Source: Candidatus Auribacterota bacterium | GTDB lineage: Bacteria; Auribacterota; UBA6266 | Length of the DNA stretch: 15,870 nt | Direction: 5' to 3' | Assembly: GCA_023136205.1 (NCBI GenBank) | Contig: JAGLRQ010000047.1 | Location: forward strand, 1-15,870 | Shown here: one piece after another, positions 1 to 5,635 of the stretch | How positions within the stretch are numbered: position 1 is the stretch's first letter | How the letters are laid out: each line of letters begins with the position of its first letter | Made by a program: the position numbers and the translations under genes | Notes under the pieces: generated by a model | What the model saw: the letters and a program-made list of their open reading frames with translations, nothing else | The model's database searches: none | Told to the model about the DNA's origin: nothing

Positions 1-230
1 GATACCCTGAGGATAACAGGTTTCTTGAGAGCAGGGTCTATAGCTGAACGCAGTACCCCTCTCGTAACAAAGAGAGCATCACAATAAGGCAAAAGCTGCT
101 TAATAGTTTCCGCCGGTTTTTCTAAACAACGGGTAGGCCCCTGAAAATACCCATGATCTATCGGTAAAAAGAAACAATTCCCGTCTTTACCAAAAAGTTT
201 ATTCATTCTGTTTTCTATTCCCCAATCCAT
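1..230 (-). CDS. Class I aldolase of the DhnA/FbaB/LsrF (DeoC/LacD) family, N-terminal fragment; the 3' part lies outside the window
   Basis: Absent from the ORF track because it runs off the window. The reverse complement of 1..230 starts at ATG (230..228) and reads MDWGIENRMNKLFGKDGNCFFLPIDHGYFQGPTRCLEKPAETIKQLLPYCDALFVTRGVLRSAIDPALKKPVILRVS with no stop. GGAGG (complement of 239..243) lies 8 nt upstream. The R-x-N-K-L-F-x-x-D-G-x5-P-I-D-H-G-x3-G-P pattern matches the N-terminal signature I recall for DhnA-type class I aldolases (FbaB, ADH synthase, LsrF). Confidence 0.6.
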   Translation of the reverse strand, partial: MDWGIENRMNKLFGKDGNCFFLPIDHGYFQGPTRCLEKPAETIKQLLPYCDALFVTRGVLRSAIDPALKKPVILRV

Positions 231-310
231 TTTGCAAACCTCCTATAATTAGTTAAGTTATCAGGTTATCCTTGACGCTGGTATTGTTTTCACGTAACTT
301 GAACAATTTT

Positions 311-1174
311 TCAATTAATATATTTATCAATAATAACCTTCAGTTTTTCCTTTACTCTCTCGGGAATTTTTGCCCTTGAAGTAATTATCGCGGCCGCGAG
401 GGCTTTTGAACAAATGCAATCTCTATTTAGTTTGTTGGCCTTCGGAATTATTTTCTTTATAAGTTTTTTTGCGTTGGAGCTGTTCTTCTTAAGGCACTCC
501 ACAATCATATCAACCGTAACGCTATCATGATCCGGATGCCAGCAGTCATAATCAGTTATCATCGCGACAGTGCAGTAACAGATCCCGGCTTCCCTTGCCA
601 GCTTTGCTTCAACAAGGTTAGTCATTCCGATAACATCCATCCCCCACTTCCTATAAAGATTAGATTCTGCTTTTGTAGAAAACGCGGGGCCTTCCATGTT
701 AACATATGTTCCCCCCATTACCGCTTTAATCCCCATTTCCTTCGCCTCTTCAAAAACCAATTTTCCTACGTCACCGCATACCGGTTCAGCAAACGCTATG
801 TGAGCTACAATCCCTTCTCCAAAAAAAGTGTTGCGGCGGGTGGCATTAGTTCTGTCAAAAAACTGGTCAACTATAACAAAAGTTCCCGGATCAAGCTCTT
901 CCCTGAGGCTCCCGGCCGCGCTGAAAGAAATTATTTTTTCAACACCAAAAGATTTCATGCCATAAATATTCGCCCTGTAATTTATATCCGTGGGCATAAC
1001 TATATGTCCTCTGCCATGTCTCGGTAGAAAAATAATCTCAACTCCCTCCAGTTCACCAATAATATAATTATCTGAAGGATCACCAAAAGGTGTTTCCACC
1101 TTTTTTTCTTTTATATTTGTTACCCCTTCAATGTCGTATAACCCGCTGCCGCCAATTATTCCAATCCTGGTCAT
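311..1174 (-). CDS. mtnP: S-methyl-5'-thioadenosine phosphorylase (MTAP, PNP/UDP phosphorylase family)
   Basis: 287-aa ORF. The N-terminus IGIIGGSGLY, FLPRHGRGH, GMTNLVEAKLAREAGICYCTVAMITDYDCW and the overall length are typical of MtnP/MTAP. ATG at 1174 is preceded by GGGAGGG. Confidence 0.9.
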   Translation of the reverse strand: MTRIGIIGGSGLYDIEGVTNIKEKKVETPFGDPSDNYIIGELEGVEIIFLPRHGRGHIVMPTDINYRANIYGMKSFGVEKIISFSAAGSLREELDPGTFVIVDQFFDRTNATRRNTFFGEGIVAHIAFAEPVCGDVGKLVFEEAKEMGIKAVMGGTYVNMEGPAFSTKAESNLYRKWGMDVIGMTNLVEAKLAREAGICYCTVAMITDYDCWHPDHDSVTVDMIVECLKKNSSNAKKLIKKIIPKANKLNRDCICSKALAAAIITSRAKIPERVKEKLKVIIDKYIN

Positions 1175-1210
1175 TCATCCCTCCCTGAGTGGTTAGTGAA
1201 TCGTATCTAT

Positions 1211-1651
1211 TTAAATAATTTTTTCTTCCATATCAACCTTCCCTGTTATTTTAGGGATAAATTGCTTTTTCTTTAATATAAATTTATTGCCAAAAATAAG
1301 CGACGACATTCCGGCCGCCAACCCGAGCAAAAGAAAACCAACCATTATGAAACTGCCCCTGCCCCCCGCTGATTCCGCGGTAACATTTTCTCCGGCGACA
1401 AGAAAAACAATCAGCAATAATGTTGGCAGGAAGAATGTAAAAAAGGTTGCGGCAAATCTTCTAAAAGTATTTATCTCAATCCTTACTTTATCTCCTTTTT
1501 TCAACCCGGGATAAGGAAGACAAACTAATTCTCCATCTGTCTTACCGGCTGAACACATACTGCACCGAGTACATTCCAAAGAAGCTTCCATTTTCACAAT
1601 AACCCCGTTTGGGGTAATTGAACTAACCGTTCCTGTTTCCCTCTTAATCAA
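1211..1651 (-). CDS. RseC/MucC-family (SoxR-reducing-system type) small membrane protein
   Basis: 146 aa. The N-terminal soluble domain has a Cys cluster (ECTRCSMCSAG...C) followed by GDKVRIEI, then two hydrophobic helices (FAATFFTFFLPTLLLIVFLVAG and SFIMVGFLLLGLAAGMSSLIF); this is the RseC (PF04246-like) layout. The start codon is TTG (1651..1649), with AAGAGG 6 nt upstream. Confidence 0.7.
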   Translation of the reverse strand: MIKRETGTVSSITPNGVIVKMEASLECTRCSMCSAGKTDGELVCLPYPGLKKGDKVRIEINTFRRFAATFFTFFLPTLLLIVFLVAGENVTAESAGGRGSFIMVGFLLLGLAAGMSSLIFGNKFILKKKQFIPKITGKVDMEEKII

Positions 1652-1743
1652 AATAAGCCTCTTTTTAAAAGGTAGAGAAATTTCCGAAATATTTTGTTAT
1701 TATACTAAAGGTTATATTACAAATAAACTTTTAGTTTAATTTT

Positions 1744-3435
1744 ATGACACAGTATATCATAGAAGGATTTTTACTGGGAATTTCCACCGGATTTTTCTGC
1801 GCCGGGATATGTCTTCCTCTTTTAACCCCGATAATGATGCTAAACATAAAAAAAAGCCTCAAACAGGGATTAATTATATTTGGGCTGTTTGGTGCCGGAC
1901 GCCTCGCGGCATATTCTCTTTTCGGCCTTTCCGCGGGGCTTGCGGGGCTTTATCTTTCGGAACTTGTAATTGGCCCGTATATAGTAAGCGTTTCCCTGAT
2001 AATTACCTCTCTTTTACTTCTATTCTTCGCTTATTCAAACGGAAAAGGGTTCTCTTTCTGCCTTAATAAGAAAACCTTTGAAAACACAACTTATCTTCCA
2101 CTTGTACTGGGCTTTTTGACCGGAATAAACATATGTCCTCCATTTCTAATGGCCATACCCGCCATATTTAGGCTGACATCCCCCACTTTGGGGTTATTGT
2201 TCTTTTTGTCTTTCTTTGTAGGAACCACCATTCTGTTGCTTCCCTCCTTCTTTGGATTATTAATCGGTAAAATAAAAATGTTAACCCCTTTAATAAAGAT
2301 CGTAACTGTTTTTATAGGATTGTATTTTTTAACAATTGGCCTTTCATCGTTTAAAAATCTAATCATCTTCTCAAAACCGCACCAGCAAATTGAAGAATCG
2401 GATGTTATAGATTTCTTCCCTGGTGCAAATGTTGTTATAACACCTTTTCACAATTCCGTTTTCTCGGCACACAGCAAAAATAATCTTCTCGGATATATTA
2501 TCATTTCCGATGGGTTTGGCAATTTTACCGGATTTAGCGGGCCGCTTACGGTGGGAATTTCCACCGATCCCGACTTCAAAATCAACAAAGTAAAAATCTT
2601 AAGACACAATGAAGGAGCTCCTTATATAAGGCTGCTCGAAGATTCCGGATTCCTCAAGCAATTCAAAAACAAAACACCGGCAGATGCGCTTATGCTTAAC
2701 ACCGACATTAATGCCGTAACAGGGGCAACCGTTTCTTCATCCGCAATTCTGGATACAGTAAAAATAAGTTATAAAAAAGCATTTTCCCTTGTCACGGGAC
2801 AGAAAGTCACATTACAAAAACCTGTCTATTATTCCCCTTTCTCAATAATGGTAATTTTTGTCCCTTTTATCAGCTGTCTCCTTTATATTTTCTATAAAAA
2901 AGAATATCTGCGCTACTTTACAATGTTTTACGCCTTCATAGTCCTCGGGTTCTGGAAAAAAACAATGCTAACAGGAGAACAGATTGCCAATACCCTGACA
3001 AGTAATATTTTCAGCCCGGCTCAGAGATTATTCCTTGTTTTTTTCGCGCTTATTATAATTATCACTGTATTTTTCGGAAATAAATACTGTTCATTTATAT
3101 GTCCTTTCGGGACAATTCAGCGATTCGCGGGTAAAATTTCAAAAAAGAAAATTACTGTCTCCAGCCAAGTTGTTAATTTCATGGGCAAGACAAAATTTAT
3201 ACTGCTTTTTACAATAATCATAATTTACAGCTTAGCCATAAAAATCCCTTCCGGAAGGCTTGAGCCTTTTAGTACAGCATTCAGTTTGAGAGGAGATTTC
3301 CTGGCTTGGGCCCTTCTATCAGTGTGTATTCTTTCTTCCATTTTTATAGACATGTTCTGGTGCAGGTTTTTCTGCCCGGCAGGTGCCTTTCAGAAAATTA
3401 TCTCAACAATCGGGGAAACCAGTGAAAAAAAATAA
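1744..3435 (+). CDS. Polytopic membrane redox protein: N-terminal DsbD_2/TauE-like 6-TM domain, FMN_bind domain, and C-terminal NosR/NapH/PceC-like CX3CP membrane domain
   Basis: 563-aa ORF. Residues 1-205 form about 6 TM helices with the Cys motifs GFFCAGICLP (C19, C23) and GINICPP (C131), as in DsbD_2/TauE-like proteins. Residues about 245-345 resemble an FMN_bind domain ending in AVTGATVSS; the candidate flavinylated Thr329 is at nt 2728..2730. Residues about 360-563 are hydrophobic and carry two CX3CP motifs: CSFICP (nt 3088..3105) and CRFFCP (nt 3361..3378). There is no obvious SD before ATG 1744. Confidence 0.75.
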   Translation: MTQYIIEGFLLGISTGFFCAGICLPLLTPIMMLNIKKSLKQGLIIFGLFGAGRLAAYSLFGLSAGLAGLYLSELVIGPYIVSVSLIITSLLLLFFAYSNGKGFSFCLNKKTFENTTYLPLVLGFLTGINICPPFLMAIPAIFRLTSPTLGLLFFLSFFVGTTILLLPSFFGLLIGKIKMLTPLIKIVTVFIGLYFLTIGLSSFKNLIIFSKPHQQIEESDVIDFFPGANVVITPFHNSVFSAHSKNNLLGYIIISDGFGNFTGFSGPLTVGISTDPDFKINKVKILRHNEGAPYIRLLEDSGFLKQFKNKTPADALMLNTDINAVTGATVSSSAILDTVKISYKKAFSLVTGQKVTLQKPVYYSPFSIMVIFVPFISCLLYIFYKKEYLRYFTMFYAFIVLGFWKKTMLTGEQIANTLTSNIFSPAQRLFLVFFALIIIITVFFGNKYCSFICPFGTIQRFAGKISKKKITVSSQVVNFMGKTKFILLFTIIIIYSLAIKIPSGRLEPFSTAFSLRGDFLAWALLSVCILSSIFIDMFWCRFFCPAGAFQKIISTIGETSEKK

Positions 3436-4603
3436 TTCGAATAAAATCAGTTTAGCCGTTTTGTTCTCGTCTGTTCTACTGCTTATAGCCATCGGTGTCT
3501 ACCAACTTTTAGCCGACTCGGCAACCCCTTTGCTCAGCTCGGTTCATAAAATTACCAAGTTAAAAAAAGAAGCGGCTCAAAAAGCGGATTTATCTATTAA
3601 AGAAGCTATGTATTACAGGAAACTTCCGGAAAATATGGTCCAATGCGGGTTATGCCCAAGAAAATGTGTTCTTAAAGAAGCTCAAAGAGGTTTCTGCCGC
3701 GTAAGGGTAAACTACGGGGGGAAATTATACTCCCTTGTTTACGGAAAACCCGTTTCTGTTCACGTTGACCCTATCGAAAAAAAACCTCTTTATCATGTCC
3801 TTCCCGCTACCAGCTCATTTTCTCTGGCAACAGCTGGATGTAATCTTGGATGTATCTTCTGCCAGAATTGGGAAATAAGCCAGGCTTATCCTGAAAATGC
3901 GAGGCATCAAAACCTTTCGCCTGAAGAAATTATCAATTATGCCATCAAGGAAAAATGCGAATCAATTGCTTTCACATATACAGAACCAACCATCTTTTAT
4001 GAATATATGCTCGACATCTGCAAGCTCGCGAAGGAAAAAGGCCTAAAAACCATATGGGTCACCTGTGGTTACATCGAGGAGGCTCCTTTACGGGAACTTT
4101 GCAAATATCTTGATGCGGCCAATGTTGATTTAAAAGGCTACAGCGAAAATTTTTACAAAGATTACACAAATTCCTCTCTTGAGCCTGTCCTAAGAACCTT
4201 CAAAATTCTCAAACAGGAGGGAATTCATACCGAACTTACAAATCTTATAATTCCCGGCATGAATGATAATAAAAATATGATTGCCGGCATGTTCGACTGG
4301 ATAGCTATAAACCTCGGCACCGATGTGCCTGTTCACCTTTCAAGGTTTTATCCTCATTATCAGCTCAAAAACAAGCCTCCAACGCCGATAAAAACACTGC
4401 TTGAAGCAAAAGAAATAGGGATAAAAAAGGGGCTGAATTACATTTATATAGGTAATGTTGCCGGTAAAGGCCTTTCAGATATGTACTGCCCCAAATGTAA
4501 AAAACTACTCATAAAAAGATTAGGCTACTCCGTAGAAGAAAATAACATTCAAGATGGTAAATGTAAATTTTGTGGTGAGGAGATACCGGGAATCTGGAAA
4601 TAA
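3422..4603 (+). CDS. amrS: AmmeMemoRadiSam-system-type radical SAM enzyme (AmrS; PFL-activase-like) with an N-terminal hydrophobic extension
   Basis: Family-typical N-terminal Cys motif VQCGLCPRKCVLKEAQRGFCRVR. Radical SAM CX3CX2C motif CNLGCIFC (nt 3839..3862). HVDPIEKKPLYH. C-terminal zinc-ribbon-like CPKCKKLL...CKFCGEEIPG. Start choice: GTG 3422 has GGGGA 5 nt upstream and overlaps the upstream stop. Alternatives are GTG 3383 (ORF-track start, no SD) and ATG 3608 (matches the canonical family N-terminus EAMYYRKL, but the SD is poor). Confidence 0.85.
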   Translation: MKKNNSNKISLAVLFSSVLLLIAIGVYQLLADSATPLLSSVHKITKLKKEAAQKADLSIKEAMYYRKLPENMVQCGLCPRKCVLKEAQRGFCRVRVNYGGKLYSLVYGKPVSVHVDPIEKKPLYHVLPATSSFSLATAGCNLGCIFCQNWEISQAYPENARHQNLSPEEIINYAIKEKCESIAFTYTEPTIFYEYMLDICKLAKEKGLKTIWVTCGYIEEAPLRELCKYLDAANVDLKGYSENFYKDYTNSSLEPVLRTFKILKQEGIHTELTNLIIPGMNDNKNMIAGMFDWIAINLGTDVPVHLSRFYPHYQLKNKPPTPIKTLLEAKEIGIKKGLNYIYIGNVAGKGLSDMYCPKCKKLLIKRLGYSVEENNIQDGKCKFCGEEIPGIWK

Positions 4604-4608
4604 AAAAC

Positions 4609-4798
4609 AAGAAAGAAAAAGATTAAGCCACAGAGACACAGAGAAGAACAAAAGAGAATATCAAAATAGGGCATAGATTAAAATACTAATATTCATTATC
4701 TATGCATGCCCATGGTTTATAATATATGTTTGTATTTTTAAATCTTAAAAATAACCCTGTGCCTCTGAGCCTCCGTGGCAAATATATTTCTCTTTCTT
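4609..4798. repeat. Imperfect terminal inverted repeat (arms 4609..4643 and 4755..4798) flanking a central hairpin; REP/MITE-like element or structured RNA
   Basis: The left arm is AAGAAAGAAAAAGATTAAGCCACAGAGACACAGAG. The reverse complement of the right arm is AAGAAAGAGAAATATATTTGCCACGGAGGCTCAGAGGCACAGGG. Shared blocks are AAGAAAGA, GCCAC[A/G]GAG and [A/G]CACAG[A/G]G. A central 8-bp inverted repeat pairs GCATAGAT (4671..4678) with ATCTATGC (4698..4705). Confidence 0.5.
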
Positions 4799-4807
4799 AT
4801 TTCTCCC

Positions 4808-4837
4808 TTGAAAAATATCCTCCCTTTATTATATATT
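4808..4837 (+). promoter_or_regulatory. Sigma70-like promoter for tRNA-Thr
   Basis: TTGAAA (4808..4813), an 18-nt spacer, then TATATT (4832..4837). This places the transcription start 1-3 nt before the mature tRNA 5' end at 4846. Confidence 0.5.
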
Positions 4838-4845
4838 TCCACATA

Positions 4846-4921
4846 GCCCACGTAGCTCAATTGGTAGAGCAGCGCATTCGTAATGCGCAGGTTATCAGTT
4901 CAAGTCTGATCGTGGGCTCCA
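4846..4921 (+). tRNA. tRNA-Thr, anticodon CGU, CCA encoded
   Basis: Manual cloverleaf: acceptor GCCCACG/CGTGGGC, D arm GCTC-AATTGGTA-GAGC, anticodon arm GCGCA-TTCGTAA-TGCGC (anticodon CGT), variable AGGTT, T arm ATCAG-TTCAAGT-CTGAT, discriminator T, then CCA (4919..4921). Confidence 0.95.
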
Positions 4922-4963
4922 TCCAAGTCGCGCCGGAGGGTTTATAATTTATGGGCAAAAAAA

Positions 4964-5039
<76 letters not shown>

Positions 5040-5062
5040 ACAAAAAAATTACACAGGAAAAA

Positions 5063-5091
5063 ATGTTATTACACAAGAGCTTTGCTGTCAA
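5063..5091 (-). promoter_or_regulatory. Sigma70-like promoter for tRNA-Phe
   Basis: On the minus strand: TTGACA (complement of 5086..5091), a 17-nt spacer, then TAACAT (complement of 5063..5068), about 25 nt upstream of the mature tRNA 5' end. Confidence 0.45.
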
Positions 5092-5150
5092 GGGATTTTG
5101 GGATAAACAATACTATTCCTCGCGGTATTATCGAAATTTTTAGTTTTCAA

Positions 5151-5179
5151 TTTAGATAGGAAGCGTAGTATAGTATAAT
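5151..5179 (+). promoter_or_regulatory. Candidate promoter for the TerB-like gene
   Basis: TTTAGA (5151..5156), a 17-nt spacer, then TATAAT (5174..5179). The SD GGAG at 5188..5191 and ATG at 5201 follow. Confidence 0.35.
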
Positions 5180-5200
5180 AATCGAAAGGAGAAACGCTCA

Positions 5201-5572
5201 ATGGTAAACAAAAAAAATAACAACAATGGAGAAATACTTCAAGACACAGCTCTTTTGTGGATGCTGATGACGGTATCTGACGGCGCGGTTGCCATGGGTG
5301 AACTTAATTGCCTTACAAATTTCCTGGAAGAAAAGGGCCTTGTTGAAAATGAGATAGATAATATTCTTCATTATGTAACTGTTAAGATTGAAAATTCCCC
5401 CGGCATTGGGATCATAGAGAGAATTGTTAAAAACTATACTTACAATGAGCGTATTTCAATTGTAAGATCCCTTAAAAAACTTGCGCGCAATGATAAATGC
5501 TTTATATCTTCGGAAGAGAAACTCTTACAGGATACTTGTTCTTTAATCGGTGTTAAAGAAAAAGATATTTAA
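5201..5572 (+). CDS. TerB-like (tellurite-resistance TerB / DjlA N-terminal domain-like) small cytoplasmic protein
   Basis: 123 aa with SD AAAGGAG upstream. It has two half-motifs of the TerB-like helical fold: LMTVSDGAVAMGELNCLTNFL and LKKLARNDKCFISSEEKLLQDTCSLIGV (the A-x-DG-x-i-x2-E-x2-l pattern). The assignment rests on pattern only. Confidence 0.5.
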   Translation: MVNKKNNNNGEILQDTALLWMLMTVSDGAVAMGELNCLTNFLEEKGLVENEIDNILHYVTVKIENSPGIGIIERIVKNYTYNERISIVRSLKKLARNDKCFISSEEKLLQDTCSLIGVKEKDI

Positions 5573-5635
5573 GAGGCATATTGTCCTGCCCGTTCTTTGT
5601 TCCCTAATTAAGGCCAAGCGCATGTTTTTTTATCC

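Noticed and set aside
527-1027. 166-aa plus-strand ORF.
   Set aside because: It lies entirely antisense to the well-supported mtnP gene. The translation is low-complexity and rich in Arg/Ser/Phe, with no motif. It is a typical shadow ORF.
3383-3421. GTG 3383 as the AmrS start, as given in the ORF track.
   Set aside because: It has no SD and would overlap the upstream gene by 53 nt. GTG 3422 has a GGGGA SD at proper spacing. It cannot be fully excluded.
4669-4740. The hairpin GGGCATAGAT...ATCTATGC(ATG)CCC, followed by T-rich sequence, as an intrinsic terminator for amrS.
   Set aside because: The stem is AT-rich with a 19-nt loop, and the downstream T residues are interrupted (ATGGTTTATAATATATG). 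It is not a canonical terminator and is treated as part of the inverted-repeat element.
4726-4947. 73-aa plus-strand ORF spanning the intergenic repeat and tRNA-Thr.
   Set aside because: Its C-terminal third is simply a translation of the tRNA-Thr gene (HVAQLVEQRIRNAQVISSSLIVGS). It is an artefact.
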